Shown: positions 26,151 to 38,662, counted from the whole stretch's first letter. The stretch: DNA of 62,997 nucleotides, filler included, from Squatina squatina (GCA_031763465.1; 20 parts of one record of this genome joined end to end with filler, not necessarily neighbours in it), one strand, 5' to 3'. Notes: generated by a model not told the origin, from the letters alone. Numbers and translations: made by a program.

Positions 26151-26799
26151 CTGAAGACTCTTCCAAGGTCAGGCCCCAGTGCATGTTTCCAGCGTGTAAT
26201 CTGCCAGTGATTGNNNNNNNNNNNNNNNNNNNNNNNNNNNNNNNNNNNNNNNNNNNNTTAATTAATTAANNNNNNNNNNNNNNNNNNNNNNNNNNNNNNN
26301 NNNNNNNNNNNNNCCAATTTTTTTTCCCATTGAAGTCACCAAGACCAATTTCACCCCTCTGAGCCCAATTCTAAAACCCCAAACTGTGGCCCCAGCTAAC
26401 TCATCACAGATCAGCAATCATGAGACATTCTGGCTTAATACTTTCATCCACTGGGCCACTGTAGCCTTCAATAAAACAACTGTTTGAGTTTTAACAAACT
26501 TACTGAGGAACACTCCTTAAAACATTCACTGCACAATGATTGGTGCTGCAGAAGTTTAAAAAAATCTGGTCAGTCACAAGTTATTGATTAATAATCTGGT
26601 TAATGACCTCCAAGCAGTACATATACCTTACAGTCTTGTACCATTTTAATATGGTCACCATTTTCTCGATTCAAATGAGATATTCCTTTCATTAAGTTGC
26701 TCCTGACAGAAATAGTACATCAATTTCCATAACTGCATCAAAAAGCAAATTCTCTATCAATATGAAGAGANNNNNNNNNNACATTCCAAGTTCTACTTT

Positions 26800-27676
26800 C
26801 TCCGCAGATAACAACGAAACCCATGTTTATTGACACAGACTTTGCTGTCCTTACCACAACCCAGACCACGATGCACTCCATCAGGACAAAGAAGACAATG
26901 ATGGTTTCTGCTTGCTGTCAACAACCTCAGTAATGTTGTGCTGCTAGAGACGTTAGTTCAATATTTGCCAATCCTGAGTAAAACTCCAGCATTAACCCTA
27001 CAATATCAACACCTGCTAAGTGTTCCTTGGGAGGTTCTTGGAAACAAACCCTAGGACAAAAATGCAATATTACCCATCAGCAGAAGTAATACAGTTTATT
27101 TTTCAGACTGGCATTTTGTTCATGTTATAAAAGCATAAGCATATACAATTAACTCAATGTAGAAGAAAAAAAATGTTCTTTTTGGATTTCCAAATTATAC
27201 AAGTTTCTGAAATATATGAACATTTATATTTCCAATGCTAATAAAACAAAACTAGTGGGAAACAGTGGGATGTTCCTTAATCCTTATACCTGAACAAATA
27301 AAAACCAATTTCAGCTTGTATTCTCTGGGTAAAAGTCAGTAAGCTTTGCAATAATAGACTGTGTTTCATTTTTTCTGGTTCTTGCATCAGAGTTAAGACA
27401 CATTTTACATCAATATTTTGAATTCAAGGCAATTATTTTAAGAATTACAAGATCCTAGAAGAGTAATTCCTGGGTGGTCTCAAGCTCCCTCAAATCGTTC
27501 AAGAGATCTATGAATAACCTAAAAATGTAATCTTGCCTTTTCCAAAAGTTAACTGTTAATGATTTAATCATTGTAAAATATTGAAGAGTTCGGTTGCAAT
27601 GCCCCTTTAAGAAAGGCATACATTATGACATGCTGTCAATGTAATGGTGTAAATTCCTTGGGGACTTAGAGAGGGA
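26800..27676 (-). pseudogene. Decayed CPN2-like LRR relic, possibly followed by a transmembrane segment
   Basis: ITLTACHN..GIATELFNILQ*LNH*QLTFGK.KITFL..DLLNDLRELET.QELLF*DLVILKIIALNSK; hydrophobic ETIIVFFVLMECIVVWVVV near 26850-26910. Confidence 0.6.
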
Positions 27677-27759
27677 NNNNNNNNNNNNNNNNNNNNNNNN
27701 NNNNNNNNNNNNNNNNNNNNNCTTTAGAATCAAAAGCAGTTGTTTGAAGAGTTCCTGCC

Positions 27760-28760
27760 CGTTATTGGTTAGGTTATGCTAAATCCTCACACAACGTACG
27801 TTTTCATTGGTCAAGGTAGACAGTACTTTAAATTTGTTTCACTAAGTGACACATTGCAATATCTTTGTATATCTTTACATAAATTATATGAAATCTATCA
27901 AAAATTAAACCTTTGCAACAAATTCTTTAACATTCCTTATTGCCCACAATGTTTTAATGTTGTTTAGAAATAAGTTGTTCACGATAAACATTCTGAGCAC
28001 CGATTATTTAGTAAAACATACAACTAAGTTTAATCTAAATTATATTGTGAAGTTATTTAAGTTGAAGCATTATACCCAAGGATATTGGCCACTGTGTCTG
28101 AACCAGTAAAGAAGCCAGTCTCTGCTTCAAGTAATATCACATGACTTCTTATGATTTGGTTACATACAACACTTCAAACATAAAAAGCTATAGTCTGTGC
28201 CTCAGCTTAGAATGAGTAAGAATCTGTCATATGTTCTGTTTAAGTAGATCAGGAACTCTGTTGCNNNNNNNNNNNNNNNNNNNNNNNNNNNNNNNNNNNN
28301 NNNNNNNNNNNNNNNNNNNNNNNNNNNNNNNNNNNNNNNNNNNNNNNNNNNNNNNNNNNNNNNNTCTGTTGCTACACTTTCATCCTGGTAACCAAACTCT
28401 TTGTGTACTGTTTACCAAAAGGATGATCTGTTGAGGCCAAACTCACCTGCTAACCCAAAAGGGTCATGAATATTCTCATAATCCTCTAGCCTGTATCACA
28501 TAAACTCTTTCATCGGGAAGCCGCTTCATTGAAGAGTTGTTTGAGGCCCATTCACCCATAGTACTCCTCATCTCCACATGAAGAGAAGCCTCTACCACAA
28601 GCATTGCCTTCATGTTTCTTCCTCACCTCTAATCTATTGACATTTTTTCCTTCAACAGTGGATTACGTGTCCAGTAAAACTTCCATTATTTCTTTCTGGA
28701 CTCTTGTGTAAAGTAAGGCTGCAGGCTTTTATGTGATGAATATCCCAAAAAAGAGGCTTG
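27760..28760 (+). pseudogene. Decayed CPN2-like LRR relic
   Basis: LEISCS..NILSTD/LFSK..TKFNLNY..VEALYPRI (compare CPN2 LEVTGSSFLNLSTNIFSNLTSLGKLTLNFNMLEAL), SHNPL, FLTSNLLTFFPSTV. Spans a gap and may continue to about 29.5 kb. Confidence 0.6.
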
Positions 28761-29934
28761 ATGCTGAGAAAAAAGCAGATTAAGTTAGTTCTATGATGAT
28801 TCCTTTACTTTATTTCTTCTTGGTAGTACATTAAAAATGTCCTTAAACTGCATGATGCAAACTCCTAGCACAACTGGGAAGTTTCCAAAGTTATACTTCA
28901 ATTTTGATTAAACTGAAAACAAATGACAGTACACTATATTATTATTGTCTTATGTCTGAGCATTATCAGTATATTTATATAAAAAAGTTACACATGTGTA
29001 TGTGTTTCCATTTTGTTGATCAGAACTATTCATTGTTTTTAATTTTTTAGCAATGAAAATGCAAGTTAATTTTTTTTTTAAGTAAGTCATTCCCGAATAG
29101 TTTTAACTGATACTCGAGGCAGCAGCAAACTCTTCTTTATTTGCACATCTTATAGCAGTTTGTGATACATATGGAGCAGGTGATAGTAAGCAGTAAAAGT
29201 GAAGTGAAGCCAATAATGTTGGTTTCCTTGTTAACCCATTTGAATCCAGTTGATTAATTGCCTGGTCTAACAACAATCTCTGTATGAACAATTGTTTCAC
29301 TGGAAAAATCATAAGCCAGTATCTGGTTCTAGAATTTCCAATATCTGCCATGTACAAGAAACTGGAAAACCAAATGACAAATATCGGCACAAATACATAC
29401 AAATCAATATATATCTGGTTCTTAGTTTAGTGACAAGTTTCCAATTCTTGTCAACTCCATGCAAACAGAGAAATACTTTTTTCTGTTGATAATCCCAATA
29501 ACTAAATTTATAAACTAGTTTTCAAAACTTCTGGTCAACAAATGCCAAAACATTTCCCAATCCTGCTGACTAAATAACAATGCACANNNNNNNNNNNNNN
29601 NNNNNNNNNNNNNNNNNNNNNNNNNNNNNNNNNNNNNNNNNNNNNNNNNNNNNNNNNNNNNNNNNNNNNNNNNNNNNNNNNNNNNNAATTCTGATGTGGA
29701 TTCCCTTAACACTAGTACTCTTGAATTACTTAAAAGGATGCAGATTGATACAATAATTATGTGTTGGGTAAATATTGCGAACGTGAATACTCTTTAACAG
29801 GACTATCCAATTACATAACTGTAAAGATTCCCAGTGATGTTGAGACTGTATATTTTCATCTCTTCTCCCCACCCCCTCCTTGTATAAACTTCCGAGGTGG
29901 TCGGGCATGTCACAGCTTGTAGCAGAAAAATTTC

Positions 29935-30080
29935 TGCTCTGCTGAGTTCAGACAAGGTCTCCATTAACNNNNNNNNNNAATTATGGAAACAAATCGTACA
30001 GGCATGAAGTCAGAATAGAATCATCCGCTCTGTATCACTGAATAAATTTACCTACCTCAGAGATCATTCACTGCCTTTGA
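29935..30080 (+). repeat. Dispersed repeat, copy 2 (see 13836-14030)
   Basis: Direct sequence similarity to copy 1. Confidence 0.85.
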
Positions 30081-30649
30081 GGGATGGGGAGGGACAAGGA
30101 ACAGGCCTTCCAAAAAAGCGATGAAGCTTCTGGGCTGTCTACTAGACTACAAGATGTGACAGGTCTTTACCAGCCCTCAGCTTCTTTGTGTCTTCAACAT
30201 AATAGGAGTACACAAGTGAGCAACAGTTCTGTAGTCATACTATTAGTCATTGCAGGTCTTTGGAAATGCTAATGTTCTGTTGCATTCTCCCTCGCTCCTG
30301 AATGCGGCCAGCTGATAAGATATAAAGAATGGGCACTTCACTTCCCAGAGAGTCACTGGGTAAAAGTTTAGCTTAAAAAGTCTAATCTTTACAAAATCAT
30401 CTCTAGTTTGCCTCACATCTGTTGAACTAGTCTCCATATAGGTATCTACCATCTAATACTAGTTTAATGGTAACCTTGAGCTACAAAGACAATAAACAGT
30501 TACTTTTATTNNNNNNNNNNNNNNNNNNNNNNNNNNNNNNNNNNNNNNNNNNNNTTAATTAATTAANNNNNNNNNNNNNNNNNNNNNNNNNNNNNNNNNN
30601 NNNNNNNNNNCACAAGTAAAGCACCCTTTTGTTTCCAAAATTGTACTCC

Positions 30650-31200
30650 GTTTTATTTAAATACAACGGCATTCAATAAATACATGACTCCTCACTAATT
30701 ACATCATGCACGGCCTGGACACTTGCAAAGAAAAAAAATCACAAACTATGATAATTTTATTTCATTTATGTAAGCATATGCACAAATTCTGAGGATTCTG
30801 CTGCAGAAGTGCAGACCCAATATCGAAAGATCCAAATGGAAAACACTGGATAGGACAGTTTTACTTCAGGCAAAAACTTGACTTGCAAGTAATTTAACAT
30901 TGCATTTTTTTTTCTTCCAGGGATCAGAGAGATGCAGTCTTTGCTTGTGAATTAATAAGTCCAAACGATTGCACTTAAGTGGGTGAGACAAGTAGACTAT
31001 GAATTCCCGATGAATGCAGTTTCAGACAGCCGTTCTTTATTTCTTATTGAGCTGGACATGAGCTAACAGTTAAAATATTTGCACTGGAAAAGTTATACAT
31101 TTGACAAAACAGGTCATCAGCCCTGACTTACACAGCAGCGTTTAGTCTTGTTTTGGACACTTGAGACAATCAGCATTTTAATGTGTTTCAGGAGGTTGAA
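30650..31200 (-). pseudogene. Decayed LRR relic (N-terminal part)
   Basis: LKCPKQD*TLLC (LRRNT-like), RLSETAFIGNS, NCPIQCFPFGSFD. Confidence 0.4.
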
Positions 31201-32069
31201 TATGACAATAGAAAACGTGATTAGCTGAAGCTTTTGTGATGAAATTGTCAAGATTATAAAATAACAAGAAAATNNNNNNNNNNNNNNNNNNNNNNNNNNN
31301 NNNNNNNNNNNNNNNNNNNNNNNNNNNNNNNNNNNNNNNNNNNNNNNNNNNNNNNNNNNNNNNNNNNNNNNNNTTAACTTTTGATTACACTAAATAACAG
31401 AAAACATTGCTCATGAATTCTCAGCTCAAAGAATAGAATGTAAGGAGAATTTATATGCTCTTTCAATTTTAATGTACACAATTTGTAAAGTGATGTCTTC
31501 TGAGGTGTGTTAAGCCAGTACTTTTGAGTCTCCCTGCAGCACTTCAGACAATGGTTCCTGATTCAAGCAACATCTCATGACACAAGCTCCAGGTCAAGGG
31601 CTGTGTGGTGAACTAATTCATATGAAGGAAAAAAACATTAGCTTTAATTACATTACATCAAATCAAGTTTTAATCAAAAAAAATGATAATCCTTAAAATG
31701 GCTCCAACAGTGCTGGAAAAACAATGTAAATATTTTTTTTTACAAGCATTAAGGAAAACCATTCTTAACAAGTATAGACTGGCTTTAAAACACACCTTTT
31801 TTTCCAGACATTATTTTAAATTTATTCTTTCAATATGGAAAAGCAATAGAAAAAAAACTGATCACAATATTTACAATTAAGCTTATAACAGAATAGTTAA
31901 CTGCAGAATAATTAAAAAATATATTTTCCAGATCAAATATCTAAGACCTGACCAATAAAAGCAGGNNNNNNNNNNNNNNNNNNNNNNNNNNNNNNNNNNN
32001 NNNNNNNNNTTAATTAATTAANNNNNNNNNNNNNNNNNNNNNNNNNNNNNNNNNNNNNNNNNNNNGTGT

Positions 32070-33250
32070 GGAAATTCTTAAACTAAGATGCAGATTATTC
32101 AGTGTTGATGACGAATAGATCTGTGAAATTTGTATCAACAATCTAGTCTTCTGAGCACAGTACCTTGATGATCTGAGAAACTGCCAAATTTGAATCCATT
32201 GTTCTACAGGAGCTTGTTAAAATGTCTCCGATCTAAGTTGACACTGATGCCTTTCCCTTTTTTGTGGGAACAATTAGCTAGAGTGGAATATTTTTTTCCT
32301 TTATGTAATATTTGATTATATTTCCTGTAGAACTGTACTCCAGCCATTCTGAAATGATAAATCCCTTTAAATTGAGAAGATCCTGCTGCAAATTGGAGGG
32401 ACTCCGAATTGAGATCACTGTCTAACTAAACAAGCTGATGTGCTACTTAGTTACATTTTCTATTATCCTGTTGCCTTTTCCTCAGATGACACAATCTGAA
32501 CAAGTACATACAGTATGCATATTTAAGCATTAAAATACATTAACAAAGCTTGAAAGAAACCTGCACTGTTCTATAATCTATTGATATGCAATAAGATGCA
32601 AATATTGCACAGTAACTAGGTAAAATAATTCCCAGCTTTCCTTAGTTTGATCAATTCTAATTCCTCATCCTTTTTTAAAATCATCTGTACAATAAGAGCA
32701 TATGAAGCTATTGTCAACTACAGAAATACCAAAATTATGTTGTAACATAACTTGCATCTTGCTCATACATTATATTAACACCAACATCTCGTAACCCTCG
32801 AGTCAAATACATTTAAGTTTCTTAAAAATATTGTATATCCAAGTGGTTTAAACACTGCTTTATTTAAATCAAATCTGGAGTTAAAAATTCATCAAAACAA
32901 GTAGTTTGATGCACAAAAATAAATAACAATTCTATAAGTCAGCTGATATGCATGTGTCAAGTAGAAAGTTGGTTTCTGCTCACTTTTGTATAATTATCTA
33001 AAACACTAATGCATTGAGTGAAAAAGATTCTTCAAATCATGATTAAATTTAATTGATCACAGACATTTACTGTTGCTTAGTATTATTTTACTGCGTGGTT
33101 CAGACTAATAACAGGAATGCTTTTGTGTACACAATATAGTTAGAACATGTAAAGGTTTTAGCCTGTGTGGGCTGAAAAGGTTGTTATTTACATTCCACCT
33201 GAAGTTCTTTGACAAGCTGCATGGTTCTTTGGTCAGACCCTGAAATGTAT
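32070..33250 (-). pseudogene. Decayed CPN2-like LRR relic
   Basis: TKAF..IILSN, LNKAVFKPLG..LRNLNV, VQYLHLIAYQ, SQFKGIYHF../GNII, GSFSD..LRRLD. Confidence 0.55.
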
Positions 33251-33599
33251 CTTCTACACTCCAAGCATTAACTCATTCACTGCACATACCATTGTTATAG
33301 CCTACATCCATTCGGCACAGCTGAAATAACAATGCCATCTGGCATCTTTGCAGAATCACAAATTAAACTAGAGATTATGTCAATTGCTGCCTCTAGTAGT
33401 ATACAAAATAAAAGGTTTGTACTGGCTCTGATCAAATTGACTCTAACCAGTTTATAATCAAACATTTTAACCAAAAATGCCTTAATTCTAATGCTTATTC
33501 AAGTTAATTAAATTTAATAGGTACAGAGTTTATACAATAAAACAAGCTTCAGAATCAAGGAATTTTGCTTTTCTCTGTATATGACAACAGAGAGCCATT

Positions 33600-34830
33600 C
33601 AGAAATTCCACTTTCAGACATATCTATTGCAGAATAATACAATGCCAAAATTTATGTGGGTGTCAAAGTTCAGCATGGACAGTTTTAAAACACCACAGTG
33701 ACTGCCACTCCCTATGCTTTAAACTATATGTATATTTTTTGTTAAATCCAATGTTAGGCTGACCTGCGACCTGCTTATGGGACCATGATTATCAGCTTCA
33801 AAATATATTTTTCTAAAAACAAGTAATTTTTTTATCTCCAAAATGTAGTCCGGTCTTTTATTCACAAAATCACTTACAATAAATTTAGATCCAACAGTGT
33901 TATTGAAAATGCAACCTTTGAGAATAAGACAGGCCAAACTTGAAAAGTTGCAAAAAAATCATGTTCGATAAAACTTTGAAGCACTTGGAATAAGCCACAA
34001 CTGAAAGTTCATAACAACTTTCACATGTGCAAACATTAAACTATGATCCATACAAGCCTCTAACTAACCTTTGACATTTCTTTCCTTAATACTATTCCAT
34101 CAGTCTTTTGAAGTGTGTTTGCTTAAGAGATGAGCTATTCCATGCCTTAATTCATTATTTTTCTGATCTGGCCATGAATATTCTCATAATCCCCTAATCC
34201 AAATACCAGAATCTCTTTCATGCACATTATGTGGACACGACTGCTTTCAAATATTATTAGAATCCGATTCAGTGCAATTCTCCTTATCTCCACCTCTGCC
34301 ACTTAATTTTCTCATCTATAACCTCCTGGTGCAAGGTTCGGTTTGGTTGTAAAGTATCTAATTGGACTGCGATCAGAGATTGGAAGTACTTTTGGCAGCA
34401 CAAAACCTTAACAGATAAAAAGAAACTGATGACTATCCTCAAAAAGAATTGAGAGAAAAAGGAAACTGTACTTCAGCAAGAGAGGAAGTCGGGGCTCGGC
34501 CATATATATGACTGTGACAGAGATAATCGAACAGGAATAGGCTAATATGCACATCGAGCCAACTTCATCAATCGGTTAGAGCGTGGACGAACTGTCTGTT
34601 AGCTTCATCTCAATGCCATGGTTCCGTTGACCTCAATATCTTGGGCTATCAAAACTCTATTCCAAAATTTTAAGATGCTGGACCCAATAACTACAACAAC
34701 ATGGGGGGAAATAAGGATGAATAATGGATTGGAAATTTGTCTAGTGCTGCAGCTTATAAAGTGGGGTGTACATTCCAATATGTTCCATACAAGGATTCTA
34801 GCTCCCACACTTACCATCATTTTTCTTCTT
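33600..34830 (+). pseudogene. Decayed CPN2-like LRR relic with LRRNT
   Basis: QCQNLCGCQSS..C (LRRNT), SVIENATFE, TLKHLE/ISHN, LTN/LTFLSL, LRDELFHAL, SHNPLIQIPESL, LHLNA..LTSI..TLFQNFKML. Confidence 0.65.
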
Positions 34831-35099
34831 CACCTNNNNNNNNNNNNNNNNNNNNNNNNNNNNNNNNNNNNNNNNNNNNTTAATTAATTAANNNNNNNNN
34901 NNNNNNNNNNNNNNNNNNNNNNNNNNNNNNNNNNNTCCAATAGTTGCACAGCAAAGTGAACAAGGCTGTGATTTAGTGGTGTTGACAAAGAGTCCTTTAC
35001 AAAAGTAAAAGCTTATGCACAACCTCAGGAGGTACACAGAGTTTTCGCTCTGCTTCTAACACCTAGTTCATAAGGCAGAGTTTTCAAGTAGATGTGGCC

Positions 35100-35950
35100 C
35101 AGAGGAAAACTAGTGAGCTTTTAAAAAGAGAAACCACCCAATGTGCTGCCCTTTAAGATCCAGGACATCATTTATCTCCAGAGAAGAAAGATTTATATCA
35201 ACCCATTCCTTGTGGGCTGAAAAACAGATGGGAAGTGAATGGACAGTCAGCAGGTCAAGAAAACACAAGGGAGGTGCTATTTATCTCCTGGCTGTACATT
35301 CCCAGCATATGAAAGGGGTCAAGACTACAAACACAGTGCTGGAAGCTGGAAAAGCCCTTTTTTTTCCTCGGCTGTTACAAAAGGGAACGTGGTTCCCATC
35401 CTGCTGTCAAATAGCATAAATCTCCATTTGTCAAATCTTTGACTGGAAGTGCAACTCAAAGAAACTCATTGGTGAAACTGTAATAAATCAAAGGTAACAA
35501 CCACTCTTTGGAGGGAACCAAACACAAACTGTGGCATTGTTTATCAGACTGAACTCTAATATCCTGGACCATTCCACTATTTTAGTGTTTACACTGCACA
35601 GCCTTACCAACAAACAGCTCATTTGGAAGAAGGGGGAGGGAAGAGCAAATGAATAGAAGAGATCTGACTGCAAAATGTTAACAAGCCAAAATTGGATGGT
35701 TAAAATTAAAGCAAACTAAAATCTCAGCTGCATCAAAAAGTTAAAAATCTTTAACCCTAGGGCAGCAATTACATTGCAAAAATTAAAATTAAAAGTATAA
35801 TTTAAGAAAATCCAGAAGCATGTCAAAGAGAGATGATAGAGCCTAGAATTTGAGTTACAAATGTCATGCCAGATTGGCTAACAAAAAATAGGAGTATAAC
35901 AGGGTAGTCAGGTGCATTGTTCCACAGTCTAGCTTTTAAAGCAATCACCA
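35100..35950 (-). pseudogene. Decayed CPN2-like LRR relic with LRRCT
   Basis: CNVIAALGLKIFNFLMQLRF, DLFYSFALPSPFFQMSCLLVRL, ITVSPMSFFEL, PFICWEC, LDLKGQHI (compare CPN2 YLKGQVV). Confidence 0.6.
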
Positions 35951-38000
35951 AGAGGAATGGTTGGGAAGTTCTACCTTTTCTATCTNNNTTTCTATCTTCA
36001 AATATGCACTAAAAAATTTAGAAAAATAATGACAATTAAGCCCTTAATTTCCTTTTTTTTAAAAAAAAAGTTAATGTCAAAAGGTAAATAACAGACCTAT
36101 TCAAAAATACTGCCAATTTTATACAACTGCTTACATCATACACAGTTTGAAACAAAGCATTGATGCATTAGTCTCAAAAGTTTGTCAAACTCTTTGAATG
36201 GCTGTGGGTAAATACACTAATGTAATGGGATACTGAACCATCACATAGTTTTCATACCGTTATACTGATACCACCAAATCAATAAACTGCTCATTCGTCC
36301 ACTGCTATTTGCAAAAAGCTGCTGTCGTGAAATAGCTGCCTACACAACTGCAGTCTAAAAATGAATTAATTATGTGAAGTGCTTTGAGATGTTTGGATGT
36401 GATAAGATACTGCATAAATGTAAATCCTTCATTTTAAAAAATTTTACTGGGTCTGATTTCCTTTCCAGTTGTTGGATTCCCCATTCTGCTAAGCTGAACT
36501 CATTCACCAGTATGAGTTAATCTCGTTAAAAGATCCTGCTCTATCACAAACTGTGGCTTTTTAGTTTACATCAAGTCAGGTCACTTGATCACTGCACTGG
36601 AATCCTATGCATCTTCTAAAAAGTTACAAGTACTGCATGGGGCCAAAGGCATCAAAGCTTTGGAAGTGAGCAGTCCAGGTTCAGATTAATGGTTAGTAAA
36701 TAGGCTTTTAGTCATGTAACAATTCATCATTTCTCTCCATCCATGACTTTAAATGATGTGATTGGGTTCTAAAGACTGAGCCTGGCTGTGTGATGTTCTG
36801 TTTCTCGCCTGCAATTCCATGTCAGACTCATCAATTACCTCAAGGTTTCGGCATAAAATCCTTCATCTTCAGCGACTTGAGCTGAGTAAACTACTATCCG
36901 CCAGGGAAGCTTAGTGTTTTGAAGACTTCAACTACCCTGAAATACTTTAGGAANNNNNNNNNNNNNNNNNNNNNNNNNNNNNNNNNNNNNNNNNNNNTTA
37001 ATTAATTAANNNNNNNNNNNNNNNNNNNNNNNNNNNNNNNNNNNNNNNNNNNNTTCCTACATGAGCAGTCTTTCGTTAATAACCATATACTTAAAACATC
37101 AACAAAAGCTGTTGCCAAGAGTCTTTAAACCTAAACACTTCTAATAGTTTGAACGGAAATGCGACCCAAACAAAAAGAGAAAGAACAAGTCTGGGCATGT
37201 TCTTTAAACTACCAACTTAGGGAGCACACAGCAAGGAACATAAAGGAGACAGGAAAACAATTGCTGCCTGTGTGATGCAATGCAACAAACAGTAAACAGA
37301 GGCAGGAGGCCTGACGTGCTGCTCTCCACCTCTCTGATCCTACATCAAAGATAGGGAAAACTCGGTTGCCACCCTGTTCAAGAAATCCACGCTGCCAGAC
37401 CAGTTACTGCAGCCAAGTTGCAAGAAAGGTTTATTTAGCTATACTGCTATTGATGTCCATTTGTTTCATTAGAGCAAACTACACTTTAATTTAGTACAAA
37501 CCTAAGAATCTAGAATTAAATATGACATTAAGACCCGAGCTTAGGACAAGAAGAATTAACAACAGAAGCACAGGTTATATTTATTGTAGTATAGTTTTAT
37601 GAAGCCATTCATTTCAACGGCACTTTCTAGAACATGATGTGCTACGGTGAAAATCTTTTTGGTGAAACAAGCATAATAATTATGAACTGTCGAAGTCTAT
37701 GAAAAAGTTTCTTATTTTGNNNNNNNNNNNNNNNNNNNNNNNNNNNNNNNNNNNNNNNNNNNNNNNNNNNNNNNNNNNNNNNNNNNNNNNNNNNNNNNNN
37801 NNNNNNNNNNNNNNNNNNNCTGTGTCTTGTTACTGCTGTCACATTGGGTGTTTGTGGTGGATCTACTGTCATTATAACTATTTTGACAAACACCAACTGA
37901 GAGGCAACATACAACTGAAGATAGTAAGACTTTAAACAAAAATAAAAACAGTACGTTTCAAGGACATTAAGTATTTTCTTTGTATTGTCTGTTTTCATAC

Positions 38001-38117
38001 CTCAGAGTCTACAAAGTGCCTTTGGTAATAGTGGAAACCTCTTCTGCAAAGATTACAATGGTTCAGTGATTTCTTCAAGAAGTGCTTTCGGTAAACTTGG
38101 TGCCAAGTATCTTTAAT
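38001..38117 (-). CDS. OPA1: OPA1 exon: [39 protein letters not shown]
   Basis: AG/GT bounded, 117 nt, near-identical to human OPA1. Confidence 0.97.
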
Positions 38118-38582
38118 CTAGAAAGAAATAAAACCTTTTGTGTCAAGGTATTTAATAAAGTCAATGTTTTGTAACAAGAAAACTTGGTTATTCAGGGCCT
38201 CTAGTAAGTTTAAAAGCATTGCAAAAGTTATTTTGATTATCATGCTACAACATCTGTCTTACTAAAGAAAGACTTACACAGAATTTTTCCACAGTGGAAA
38301 TAACTTGCATATTCAGTATCTTTCAGAAACACAAGACTTGAAGCTAGAGTGCATGTCCTTTCAAATTGTCACTATCATTTCAAAAAAGATACAACCTCAA
38401 AATAACTAATNNNNNNNNNNNNNNNNNNNNNNNNNNNNNNNNNNNNNNNNNNNNNNNNNNNNNNNNNNNNNNNNNNNNNNNNNNNNNNNNNNNNNNNNNN
38501 NNNNNNNNNNCAACTGAATTGAGTTTTCAGGAGAACATAGAATTAGCATATGCTATATCTGTCTTAAATGTCTTTATCTCAC

Positions 38583-38662
38583 CTGCTCTGGAGCTCGTGA
38601 TTTCCAGTAGAACCATCTTTCTTGCCAATCTGGCCCCACCATATCACGGATTACAGACTCAG
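38583..38662 (-). CDS. OPA1: OPA1 exon: (T)ESVIRDMVGPDWQERWFYWKSRAPEQ
   Basis: AG/GT bounded, 80 nt, MVGPDW motif. Confidence 0.96.

Noticed and set aside
26320..26765. Additional faint LRR-like traces on the minus strand
   Set aside because: Too weak to separate from AT-rich background by eye; not called.
34068..34340. Minus-strand frame with only TGA stops (possible selenoprotein or recoding), also near 28450-28610
   Set aside because: Better explained as the antisense shadow of plus-strand LRR relics; no SECIS or known homology seen.
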